From IMG/VR virus record IMGVR_UViG_3300045284_000279, positions 5,761-69,760 of that record: 64,000 nucleotides of DNA. One strand, 5' to 3'. Origin of the DNA: a virus. Position 1 is the stretch's first letter. Each line of letters starts with the position of its first letter. The translations under genes and the position numbers were made by a program. Of this stretch, positions 1 through 8,505 are shown piece after piece. A model generated the notes under the pieces. It was not told the DNA's origin. It searched no databases and saw nothing but the letters and a program-made list of their open reading frames with translations.

Positions 1-26
1 AGGTCAGCAGCAGAAAGGCGGCGAAC

Positions 27-362
27 GTGCGAACGTGTAGCGCAGGAAGGTGCGTCGCGCTGGCTGTTCCGAAGCCCGAACTGATTCCTGAGAAGGTCGC
101 AGGGATCGTGAAAGACGACAGCGGTTCTTTTCACGTCATCCTTGGTGACTGCGAGCCGATCTTCTTGACGCATCGTCACGCTCGCGCGGCAATCGAGCGG
201 CACTTCACGACGACGTGCGCCGTGCACCGCCTGCGTCCAGCATGGCGTTCGGACGGGTTCAAGGAGCAGTGGACGGACTGGTATCGTCCGCCGCAGGTGC
301 CGTCGGCAGCTGACGACAGGTCGTGGCCGCCGCTCGATCGCGAACTTAGGTGGCGGCGGTAA
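27..362 (+). CDS. hypothetical phage protein (start uncertain, may extend beyond window)
   Basis: ORF in the + strand gene run ending 7 nt before the next gene; no motif recognised. Confidence 0.4.
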   Translation: MRTCSAGRCVALAVPKPELIPEKVAGIVKDDSGSFHVILGDCEPIFLTHRHARAAIERHFTTTCAVHRLRPAWRSDGFKEQWTDWYRPPQVPSAADDRSWPPLDRELRWRR

Positions 363-369
363 CCTCGCC

Positions 370-1014
370 GTGAGCCTGCACCTCGATGCGCGCGGGAAGG
401 TGACGGAAGACTTCGGGCTGTTTATGCTCCGCCTCGCGGCGGTCTATCCGACGACTGGCAAGCTCAATCCAGAGCTGATCTTGAGCTACGCCAAGATCCT
501 CGGCGACCTGCCGCTCGACAAGCTCCATCAGGCCGGCGCGCGATGCGCGCGATCCGAGAAGTTCTTTCCGAGCGCAGCGACCCTGCGGAGCTTTCTCGAG
601 ACATCTCCCGACGATGCAGGACTGATCGCGTGGGCATCGTTCAGGACGGCTGCTGCAGACGTCGGCTGTTACGCCAGCCTGCTCGTGGAAGACCCTGCCG
701 CTGCTGATGCCCTGACGGTCGTCTTCGGGACGTGGGCGGCGTACTGCGAATACGAGGAAGGGCCGGCCTTGCATGCCCGCAGGGCGGAATTCCTCGCGGC
801 CTACCGAGATGCGGTCCGTCGAGGCCGTAGGCTGGCTTCTGGCGCGACGAGGCTGGCTGGCATGCTGGAAGCCTCAGGGAAGGCGTCCGACTCGCCAGCG
901 GCTGTCCTGGGCCGGTTGCTGGCCTCGGGGAAGGTCGAGGTCATTCAGCAGCGCACGCTCGAAGGCTCGGCACCTGCTCTGCCGCCACCAGCAGGTCCAG
1001 ATGGCCAGGATTAG
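370..1014 (+). CDS. putative phage replication/helicase-loader-like protein (DUF6475-like)
   Basis: FFPS motif followed by AW...A...VG.YAS...EDP...V..FG.W...C pattern typical of these phage proteins. Confidence 0.55.
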   Translation: MSLHLDARGKVTEDFGLFMLRLAAVYPTTGKLNPELILSYAKILGDLPLDKLHQAGARCARSEKFFPSAATLRSFLETSPDDAGLIAWASFRTAAADVGCYASLLVEDPAAADALTVVFGTWAAYCEYEEGPALHARRAEFLAAYRDAVRRGRRLASGATRLAGMLEASGKASDSPAAVLGRLLASGKVEVIQQRTLEGSAPALPPPAGPDGQD

Positions 1015-1510
1015 TAATCAATTAGCCAAGCCGGAGCCTCGCAAGCGGGCGAAGGCACGCCGTCGGAGGCGTGAAGTCGCCGTCATCAAGGACGTGCGCG
1101 CAGCAGTCGCAGAACGCGACGGGTCGTGTCGCCTGCTCGGCGGACCGTTCGGACCATGCACGGCGGTGAGCGAGTGGGCGCACTTCGGTTCGCATCGTCG
1201 CTCGGCGACGCGCGGTATGGATCCAGAGGAACGCCACACGTCGGAAGGTTCGTTGATGCTGTGCGGTGGACCTGCCGGTGGCCATCACCATGCCTACGAC
1301 AAAGGATCGGGTGATCGGCGGCTGCAGATCGATGCGGTCGATCCTGCGCGCGGCTGCGACGGACCACTGCGCTACGAGATGGGCAGCATCGTCTACGTCG
1401 AGCCTGAGTTGTCGAGCACCATCTCTCGCGCCGCGTTGGCGCGCGACGGCGCAGGCGACTTCGATTTTGACTTCGACGATGCAGAAGTGTTCGACGGAGA
1501 TGACGCCTAG
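1001..1510 (+). CDS. HNH-like endonuclease (Zn-binding)
   Basis: ATG at 1001; basic N-terminus then VAERDGSCR...C...EWAH...LMLC...HH pattern of phage HNH/NinG-like nucleases. Confidence 0.55.
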   Translation: MARISNQLAKPEPRKRAKARRRRREVAVIKDVRAAVAERDGSCRLLGGPFGPCTAVSEWAHFGSHRRSATRGMDPEERHTSEGSLMLCGGPAGGHHHAYDKGSGDRRLQIDAVDPARGCDGPLRYEMGSIVYVEPELSSTISRAALARDGAGDFDFDFDDAEVFDGDDA

Positions 1511-1521
1511 CGAGTAAGCTG

Positions 1522-1551
1522 TTTACGTTCACGCGGTTCGTTTACTAGAAT
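1522..1551 (+). promoter_or_regulatory. putative sigma70-type promoter
   Basis: TTTACG-N18-TAGAAT in an AT-rich intergenic gap upstream of GGAG RBS and ATG 1573. Confidence 0.4.
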
Positions 1552-1572
1552 TCCACCATCGGAGTAGCAGGC

Positions 1573-2193
1573 ATGGCGAAGAAGCAGCAGCAGAGACGCG
1601 CACTGGCGATCGGGCAGACGATCGCGAGCGTCGTCAGCCCGACCGATGCCGTCGTGATCGGCAAAGGGTTCAAGGCGACGGCGAACGGCCTCATCATTCA
1701 AGGCACGCCGAAGTTCGAGTCCTGGGAGTCGACGATGAACCGACTCCGCGTGGCCGAGAAGGCGGCGCCGTTCGCGCTCGGTGACGGCATCATCTGGGGC
1801 GAGACGCACTTCGACGAAAAGGCCTCGCAGGTGCTCGACGAAAGCTCCGGCTGGAGCCTCAAGACCATCTCCGTCTATCGCTGGCTCGCATCCCGCATCG
1901 CCTCGGCCGATCGCAGGATGGATCGTCTCGGCGTCTCGCACCACCTGCTCGTCGCCGCCTTGACTCCTGTGAAGCAGCGCCAGTGGTTGAAGCTGGCGGC
2001 GGCCGACGAAGAAGACCACGCGTGGACCGTCGCGCGCATGCGCAAGGCGATGAAGGAAGGCGAAGACCTGCCGGCCGAGAAGTTCTGGGTGCTCGTTTCC
2101 GCCAACGATATCAGCGACCAGAACGAACTGATGGAGCGTCTGCAAGGCGAAGGTCGTGCCTGCAAGGCCGTCGTGCGGCGCGAGCGAAAGTAG
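1573..2193 (+). CDS. LmbU-like DNA-binding protein
   Basis: GL.I.....FE.W...LGD...GE...KTI..Y.W.A.RI....RR..L..SHH..VA.L....Q..WL..A....WT...R matches the LmbU family pattern. Confidence 0.65.
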   Translation: MAKKQQQRRALAIGQTIASVVSPTDAVVIGKGFKATANGLIIQGTPKFESWESTMNRLRVAEKAAPFALGDGIIWGETHFDEKASQVLDESSGWSLKTISVYRWLASRIASADRRMDRLGVSHHLLVAALTPVKQRQWLKLAAADEEDHAWTVARMRKAMKEGEDLPAEKFWVLVSANDISDQNELMERLQGEGRACKAVVRRERK

Positions 2194-2210
2194 AAGGAGA
2201 AGGAGGCTGC

Positions 2211-2786
2211 GTGAGTCGCTTGGCTCAGGACTTCCAGCGGCAGCTCGACGAGATGGCGAAGGACCGGCGCACGGTGCGTCGTAGCGAAAGAAGGAGTGGT
2301 TCAATGACCGAGGACGAGAGCGCAGGGAACGAGACGGCAGGCACCGAGATCGAACCGGATACCGAGACCAGCGGCGCCGACTACGCGAAGGCAACCTCGG
2401 AGACAGAAGGAGCAGCAGCAGACATGGCGAAGCAGCCGACGGCGAAGAAGCGCACGAAGAAGGCGTCCGGCGCGAAGGCGGCGAAGAAGGCGACCCTGAA
2501 GACGGCAAAGGCTCCGAAGGCGCCCAAGGCCGCGAAGGCACCCAAGGCCGAGAAGAAGAAGCCGTCGCACGACGGCGCAGGGTCGCGGACCGTGACGGCG
2601 CCGGCGAACCTGCCCGCCGCGGGATCGCTCAAGGTCGTCGGAGTCGAGCCCTACGGGTCGCGCTACGTCCGCGTCAACTTCGAGGACGAGAAGAGCGTGA
2701 TGTTCCTGCCCGTCAACCTCAGCCCGAGCGACACTATCGCGATGCGCGACAAGATGGTGAAGTTCCTGAGCGATCGTCTGTCGTGA
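2211..2786 (+). CDS. protein with histone H1-like Lys/Ala/Pro-rich segment
   Basis: GTG after AGGAGG; acidic N-part then AKKRTKKASGAKAAKK...KAPKAPKAAKAPKAEKKK; alternative starts at 2304 and 2424. Confidence 0.55.
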   Translation: MSRLAQDFQRQLDEMAKDRRTVRRSERRSGSMTEDESAGNETAGTEIEPDTETSGADYAKATSETEGAAADMAKQPTAKKRTKKASGAKAAKKATLKTAKAPKAPKAAKAPKAEKKKPSHDGAGSRTVTAPANLPAAGSLKVVGVEPYGSRYVRVNFEDEKSVMFLPVNLSPSDTIAMRDKMVKFLSDRLS

Positions 2787-3217
2787 CGACTAAGGCAGGT
2801 CAACCCGGCGCGTTGAACTTCGACGTGCCTGAGCCTGCCGAGAGCGACAAGGTCGAGCCTGTACAGGAGCAGGCTCGTCCGCTCTCGCCGCCGCAGGATG
2901 CGCCTCAAGTCGATGACGTGCCGCAGAGCGATGAGATGGATGCCGCGGCGCTTGTCTTCCTCGAAGATCCGATCGCGCGGAGACTCGCCGTCGCGTGGGT
3001 GACGTGCCGCGGCAACGAACACGAGTGGCTGGTAGCTGCAGGCCTGCCGCGCCTCGAAGCCTCGTCGCAGCGCATTGCGGCTGCGTTGAGGGCCAACCAG
3101 ATCTGTCGACCCGGCGGCGTGACGGATGCGCTCGCCCTGCGCTACATCAGGGCCGTCATCACGAAGCCCATCATGGCCGTCGCGGAGCGTGCCAACCGCG
3201 GAAAGGACAAACGATGA
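2783..3217 (+). CDS. hypothetical protein
   Basis: GTGA/ATGA overlaps with both neighbours. Confidence 0.55.
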   Translation: MTTKAGQPGALNFDVPEPAESDKVEPVQEQARPLSPPQDAPQVDDVPQSDEMDAAALVFLEDPIARRLAVAWVTCRGNEHEWLVAAGLPRLEASSQRIAAALRANQICRPGGVTDALALRYIRAVITKPIMAVAERANRGKDKR

Positions 3218-3954
3218 CGAAGAAAGCTCCTCCTCAGAGCGACGAATTCGCTCCGAAGGGGAAGGTCGAACGCGTTCCCGTCAGTAAGCTGAAGCCGCAT
3301 CCGCGCAACTACAAGATCCACCCGCAGGAGCAGATCGACCACATCGTCAAGAGCATCGCCGAGCACGGCATCTATCGCAACGTCGTCGTGGCAAAGGACT
3401 ACACGATCCTCGCCGGGCACGGCGTCGTGCAGGCGATTCAAAGCATGGGTCTGCTCGGCCCTGACTTGGTGCCGGTCTTCCGCACAGACCTCGATCCGGA
3501 GGATCCGCGCGCGCTCAAGATCCTCACCGGCGACAACGAGATCAGCCGCCTCGCGGAAGTCGACGATCGCACGTTGACGGGCGTGCTGAAAGACCTCGTC
3601 GAAGACCTCGCCGGCACGGGCTTCGACGCGCAGAGCTTGTCGGCGCTCGTGTTTGTGAGTCGTCCGATCGAGGAGGTCCGCGACAAGAACGAAGCCGCAG
3701 AGTGGGTCGGCATGCCGGCCTACGACGAAGGCTCGCAACAGCTCTTGCTTTCGATGATGTTCCGCGACCCCGATGCGCGGGCGCAGTTCGTCAAGCAGTT
3801 CGAGATCAAGATCTCGAAGCGCTCCACCAACGGCAAGGTCTGGTCGGCGTGGTGGCCGTTCGTGCCTCGCATGGCGCGGCAACAGCAGGTGCTTTTCACT
3901 GACGAGGATCTCGATGTCAAGCCAGACGCCAAGCCCGAACCCGCCGCCGTCTGA
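3214..3954 (+). CDS. ParB/Srx N-terminal domain protein
   Basis: LKPHPRNYKIH...SIAEHG...VVVAKDYTILAGHG...DNEI motif. Confidence 0.8.
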   Translation: MTKKAPPQSDEFAPKGKVERVPVSKLKPHPRNYKIHPQEQIDHIVKSIAEHGIYRNVVVAKDYTILAGHGVVQAIQSMGLLGPDLVPVFRTDLDPEDPRALKILTGDNEISRLAEVDDRTLTGVLKDLVEDLAGTGFDAQSLSALVFVSRPIEEVRDKNEAAEWVGMPAYDEGSQQLLLSMMFRDPDARAQFVKQFEIKISKRSTNGKVWSAWWPFVPRMARQQQVLFTDEDLDVKPDAKPEPAAV

Positions 3955-4846
3955 TCGACTGCGGCCGAAGTATCCCGTCTACATCCCGTCGAAGGGCCGC
4001 GCGGCCAACATGCTGACGTGCCGCGTCTTCGACAGGGGCAACGTGCCGTATCGCATCGTCGTGGAGCCGAGCCAGGTCGAGCACTATGCGCCGAAGTACG
4101 AGCACTGCCTGTTGGTCCTACCGGAAGACGGGAAAGGCCTCGTCTACTCGCGGAACTGGATCAAGCGCCACGCGACGGCGGAAGGTCACGCGCGGCACTG
4201 GCAGTTCGACGACGACATCAAGTTCATGACGCGGATGTACAACGGCCATCGTCTGCCCATCGCGGCGAGCGCGGCGCTGGCGCTGGCTGAGACGTTCGTC
4301 GATCGCTACGAGAACGTCGCGCTGGCGAGCCTCAACAGCGAATTCTTCATCCCGTCGACCTACGGCACGAAGCGGATCTCCGTGCCGCCGTTCTACCTCA
4401 ACGCGCGGTGCTACACCTGCTTCCTCGTGCTCAACTCGCTGCCGAACGAGTGGCGGCGACGCTACAACGAGGATACCGACATGACCTTGCAGGTGCTCGC
4501 CGACGGCTGGTGCACGGTCCTGTTCAACGCGTTCATGATCTCGACGCCAGAGACGATGACGGACAAGGGCGGACAGACCAGCATCTACGTCTCGGACGGT
4601 CGCCTGAAGATGGCGCGTCAGCTCGAGAGCATGTGGCCTGGCACGGTGTCGGTGATCCGCCGCCACGGCAGGCCGCAGCACATGATTCGGCACGACTGGA
4701 AGCACTTCGACACGCCGCTCAAGCGGAAGCCTGGGCTCGAGATTCCCGACGGTCCAGACGAGCACGGCATGCGGCTGAAGGCCGTCGGCGAGGTCACGCA
4801 CCCAATGCTCAAGGAGATGTTGACCGAGATGGAGAGCAAACGATGA
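3914..4846 (+). CDS. TET-associated/GREB1-like DNA glycosyltransferase (TAGT)
   Basis: KYPVYIPSKGR, RNW, HWQFDDDI (DxD), YNEDTD..LQVL..GWCT, KGG.T motifs of the phage TAGT family. Confidence 0.8.
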   Translation: MSSQTPSPNPPPSDRLRPKYPVYIPSKGRAANMLTCRVFDRGNVPYRIVVEPSQVEHYAPKYEHCLLVLPEDGKGLVYSRNWIKRHATAEGHARHWQFDDDIKFMTRMYNGHRLPIAASAALALAETFVDRYENVALASLNSEFFIPSTYGTKRISVPPFYLNARCYTCFLVLNSLPNEWRRRYNEDTDMTLQVLADGWCTVLFNAFMISTPETMTDKGGQTSIYVSDGRLKMARQLESMWPGTVSVIRRHGRPQHMIRHDWKHFDTPLKRKPGLEIPDGPDEHGMRLKAVGEVTHPMLKEMLTEMESKR

Positions 4847-5646
4847 AGGCCGTCGCCGTCGTCCCGTGGGTGACGCAACTCGAACGCGACGCCTTCTTGG
4901 GCGCGTGGGGCCTGTCGAAGTACAGCGCGCTGCCGTCGTTCCTGCACTTCCAGCAGGACAAGCACAAGGACGGCTGCGGCGCGACGAAGAACGCCGGCAT
5001 CGGTGCCGCGGTCGATGCAGGAGCCGACGTCGTCGTCGTGCTGGACGGAGACTGCTATCCGTCGGAAGAAGCGCCGACGCTCGAACACCTCATGCAGCAG
5101 CACGTCGTCGCGTTGACGCCGCAGCATGTCAAGCTGTACGATCAGGTGACGGCACCAGCCTCGCGCGGCACGCCGTACTACCACGAGAACTTCCACGTGC
5201 TTATGCCGGTCGCGGCGAGCATGGGTTTCTGGACGAACGTGCCGGACTACTGCGCCGTCAGGCAGTTGGCGCTGCAGGAGCCGATGACCTTCCGGCGCGA
5301 GACGGTCTTCGGTCGCTACTTCCCACTCTGCGGCATGAACCTCGCCTTCAGGCCTGCCGAGTGGTTTCCGTGGTGCCAGTTCATCGAGGTCGATCGCTTC
5401 GACGACATCTGGATGGGATGGCTGTTCCAGAAGGAAGCGTATCGCCGCGGCTACTGCTTCAACCTTGCAGGTCCGCTCGTGCACCACTCTCGCCAGAGCA
5501 ACGTCTGGCGAAACCTCGCGTCTGAGGCACGCTTCCTCGAAGAGACTGAGACGCTGTGGCGGAAGATCGCCTTGGCGCCTCAGACGACATACGGCGACCT
5601 GCTGCCACTGCTACCTGCCGGCACGCGAGGGTTGAAGATCCGATGA
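4843..5646 (+). CDS. GT75 / reversibly glycosylated polypeptide (UDP-arabinopyranose mutase-like)
   Basis: DGDC, RGTP, SMGFWTNVPDY, FPLCGMNLAF, RFDDIWMGW, HSRQSN..NL..E occur in the same order as plant RGP motifs DDDC, RGYP, SHGLWLNIPDY, FPMCGMNLAF, RYDDMWAGW, HSKASN..NL..E. Confidence 0.85.
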   Translation: MKAVAVVPWVTQLERDAFLGAWGLSKYSALPSFLHFQQDKHKDGCGATKNAGIGAAVDAGADVVVVLDGDCYPSEEAPTLEHLMQQHVVALTPQHVKLYDQVTAPASRGTPYYHENFHVLMPVAASMGFWTNVPDYCAVRQLALQEPMTFRRETVFGRYFPLCGMNLAFRPAEWFPWCQFIEVDRFDDIWMGWLFQKEAYRRGYCFNLAGPLVHHSRQSNVWRNLASEARFLEETETLWRKIALAPQTTYGDLLPLLPAGTRGLKIR

Positions 5647-6080
5647 AGCCTCTCGTCGTCGGCGAAGCGCCCGGTCGTCGTGGTGGCCCACCTCTCGCGG
5701 GCGACTGCGGCCAACGCCTCGCCGACTTCTACGGCGTGTCGTTGCGAGACTTCAAACGGACGTTCACGTGCGTGAACCTGCTGCGCGAGTGGCCAGGGTC
5801 CGCAGGGAAGGGATCGAGGTTCCCTCTCGCCGAGGCCAAGGTGCAGGCTGAGCGGATCGCAGCGCGACTGCCGTGGGGTCGCGTAGTGATCCTGCTCGGT
5901 CGTCGCGTGGCCTCAGCATTCGGAGTCAAGACGGACTATTTCAGGCGAGCGCGGATCGGGAAGTGCATCATGGTCTTCGTCGTGCCTCACCCGTCGCGCG
6001 TGAACAGGTGGTTCAACGACCCTGCGAACGTCGACTCGATGCGCGCGTTCATGCGAACTATGAAGCCGGTGTCGAGATGA
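5643..6080 (+). CDS. uracil-DNA glycosylase superfamily protein
   Basis: VVGEAPG (motif A), VILLGRRVA, VPHPS (motif B). Confidence 0.75.
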   Translation: MKPLVVGEAPGRRGGPPLAGDCGQRLADFYGVSLRDFKRTFTCVNLLREWPGSAGKGSRFPLAEAKVQAERIAARLPWGRVVILLGRRVASAFGVKTDYFRRARIGKCIMVFVVPHPSRVNRWFNDPANVDSMRAFMRTMKPVSR

Positions 6081-7051
6081 ACAGCGAAAACTTCAACGTC
6101 GTGTTTCCAGAGCGAAATGAGTTTGTCTCGATCGTAGAGCGAGCGCTGATGATGGCGAAGCATCCGATGAAGCCTCGCGAGCTTGCGCTGATCGTCTGGA
6201 AAGAATGGGGCGTGCAGGGAAAGTACATCGACGGCAAATACAAGAACCTCCAGAACCTCGAAGAGAGGATCAGGACTGCTGCGATATGTTCCGGCAAGTT
6301 AGGGTATGGGGGCCTCGGACGCAATTCTCAGGCGTATGTCTTCATGCGGTGGTGGTTTGCCGATGCAGGATTGTTCAACGATCAGCCTGAGCCGATCGCG
6401 ATAGAGGTGACGCGCGAGATCAGAGATTTGGCCATGCGAGACGCCGAGCGTAGAGCGCGCTTCTTGCAGGCTGGCAGTCGAGGTGTCGGCCGGCACTTGA
6501 GCGACGTAGTGTCTGGATTCATCTGCCAGTATGCCGTTCGGTGCTATATGGAAGAACGATGGCCGACGATCGTGCTTCCGCCTAGCAACGAACACGACTT
6601 CAAGCGGCCTGCTCCAGACGATCTGAGGGTCGTCAAGATATCCAAGAGGAAGCAGATCTTGGTTGACGTCACGTCGACTGCTAAGACTACAGGAGTGTTC
6701 GGACCTGTCGTAAAGGAAGTCAACGGCAGATCTGCCCACTTCCACGTGCTGACCTCTCCGGTGAGGAGCATGAGGAACGAGATCGTAAGGGTGCTCATCC
6801 ACGGATGGGTGAGCAGGGGCGAACTAGAGAAAGGCGTTTACGCCTGCGATGCGAGGAACTTCACTTCGCTCGAGGTGAGGCTCAACTGCATCGTGGCTGA
6901 CGTTGACTATCACGAGATGCGGCGTGTCGACGACCTCGCTCAAGCGCAAAGGAACGCTGAACTCGTACAGTCTGGCCGCAAGCTACCGACGCACCAGTCG
7001 AAGAAGAAAAACAAAAAGCCGACAGGTCCTCTAGCGATGATGTGGGATTGA
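6077..7051 (+). CDS. putative HTH + PD-(D/E)XK-like endonuclease
   Basis: SG...Q.AV...PDDL...LVDV.S...V.I.GW pattern resembles a degenerate restriction-endonuclease fold; visibly lower GC than flanks. Confidence 0.4.
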   Translation: MNSENFNVVFPERNEFVSIVERALMMAKHPMKPRELALIVWKEWGVQGKYIDGKYKNLQNLEERIRTAAICSGKLGYGGLGRNSQAYVFMRWWFADAGLFNDQPEPIAIEVTREIRDLAMRDAERRARFLQAGSRGVGRHLSDVVSGFICQYAVRCYMEERWPTIVLPPSNEHDFKRPAPDDLRVVKISKRKQILVDVTSTAKTTGVFGPVVKEVNGRSAHFHVLTSPVRSMRNEIVRVLIHGWVSRGELEKGVYACDARNFTSLEVRLNCIVADVDYHEMRRVDDLAQAQRNAELVQSGRKLPTHQSKKKNKKPTGPLAMMWD

Positions 7052-7052
7052 A

Positions 7053-7298
7053 ATGGGATGCTGTGCGCTTGGGACTTGTGTTTTATCGAAGGCTCTTGGA
7101 GGGCCAGGCTGCTACCTGTGTGACGTCGTCGCGAAGCTCCCGCAACCGAAGAAGCTCTCGCGCGACCTCGATGCTCTGGCTGATGCTGCTGAAGCCGAAG
7201 CTGCTGCCAAGCTGAAAGCAGAAGACGGTCAGCAACCGAAGGAAAAGAAGCCGCGCAAGCAAGCGCGCAAGGCGCAGACGATGGACAGGTTGATATGA
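7053..7298 (+). CDS. hypothetical protein
   Basis: fills the gap, ATGA overlap with next gene, Cys-rich N-terminus. Confidence 0.45.
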   Translation: MGCCALGTCVLSKALGGPGCYLCDVVAKLPQPKKLSRDLDALADAAEAEAAAKLKAEDGQQPKEKKPRKQARKAQTMDRLI

Positions 7299-8011
7299 GC
7301 GATCGGCCTCGCGACGGCAAGCGGTTCGTGTGGACGACGTGGATCACGGGTCTGTTGGCAGCCGACAATCACTGCGCGTGGGCGACGTGGTATCGCGCGC
7401 ACTACTTCTTCGCCAAGCGTCCAGAAAGCCCTGAGCGCGAAGCGAACCTCGCGCGTTGGCAGAACGACCACGTGCAGGCCGTGCGCGCGAAGGCCGACGA
7501 GCTCGAGAAAGAGGGCTGGACCGTCACGGTAGAAGACCAGAACAAGTTCTTCGTCCGCGGCGAGACGGCGACGCTGTCGGGTTGTGCCGACCTCGTCGCC
7601 GTGCGCGACGTAGGCCTGCCGAAGTACGAAGCCTTCGAGCTGACGGCTTCGCCTGCCGTCACGGCGACCCGCCACGCGATGATCGTCGACTGCAAAACTG
7701 GCGAACGCAGGAACGGCGACTGGTGGCAGGTTGCGATCTACTTGGCGTATGCGCCTGCGGCGCTGCGCGTGCTCAACGGCGTCGACGTGCTGACGGGTCG
7801 CGTGTCGTATCGCGACGGGAACCTCGATCTGTCCAGCGACGTGCTGACCGACGACGTGCGACGGCGCATCGGTGCCGAGGTCCGCTCTGCGGCCGGAGCG
7901 ACGCCTCCACCTCGCACGCCGAGCCCACGCGAGTGTGCATACTGCAACATCTTGGCCTGTCCCGATCGCATCGATGAACCCATAAGCGAATCAGCGACGG
8001 AGGACTTTTGA
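7295..8011 (+). CDS. PD-(D/E)XK RecB/Cas4-like exonuclease
   Basis: SGCADLV...IVDCKTG...QVAIY plus N-terminal C and C-terminal C..C....C (Fe-S type). Confidence 0.75.
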   Translation: MSDRPRDGKRFVWTTWITGLLAADNHCAWATWYRAHYFFAKRPESPEREANLARWQNDHVQAVRAKADELEKEGWTVTVEDQNKFFVRGETATLSGCADLVAVRDVGLPKYEAFELTASPAVTATRHAMIVDCKTGERRNGDWWQVAIYLAYAPAALRVLNGVDVLTGRVSYRDGNLDLSSDVLTDDVRRRIGAEVRSAAGATPPPRTPSPRECAYCNILACPDRIDEPISESATEDF

Positions 8012-8505
8012 CGAGCATATTCATCGGCCTCGACCCAGGCGTCACCGGCGGCATTGCGTTTCAGCAGATGCCCGGCGTCGTCTCGGCCGTCAAGATGCCT
8101 GAAACGGATCGCGACCTGTTCGACCTGCTGCACAGCTACGGCATTCACAGCGGCGCGCACGCGATGCTGGAGCGCGTGTCGTGCTCGCCTCAGATGGGCG
8201 TCAAGTCGGTCTGGACCTTCGCGTGCGGCTACGGGCGCCTGAGGATGGCGCTGACGGCGGCTGGCATTCCCTACGACGAGGTGTCGCCGCTGCGGTGGCA
8301 GAATGCGCTCGGCTGCCGATCGAAGGGCGACAAGAACGTGACGAAGGCGCGCGCTCAGGCTCTCTTTCCGGACATCAAGGTCACGCATGCGATCGCCGAC
8401 GCAATCCTGCTGTCGGAATACTGCCGCAGGGTGAGGACTGGCACGCTCGCTGCGCCTCCGCAGCCGAAGGCGAAGAAGAAGGTCAAGCAGCGCGAGTTGT
8501 TCTGA
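8008..8505 (+). CDS. RuvC-like Holliday junction resolvase
   Basis: IGLDPGVTGGIA, LE, F..GYG, V.P..WQ, K, ADAILL motifs. Confidence 0.8.
   Translation: MTSIFIGLDPGVTGGIAFQQMPGVVSAVKMPETDRDLFDLLHSYGIHSGAHAMLERVSCSPQMGVKSVWTFACGYGRLRMALTAAGIPYDEVSPLRWQNALGCRSKGDKNVTKARAQALFPDIKVTHAIADAILLSEYCRRVRTGTLAAPPQPKAKKKVKQRELF

Noticed and set aside
7295-8011. Cas4-like nuclease as a sign of a CRISPR system
   Set aside because: Stand-alone in a recombination/replication block, which is usual for phages
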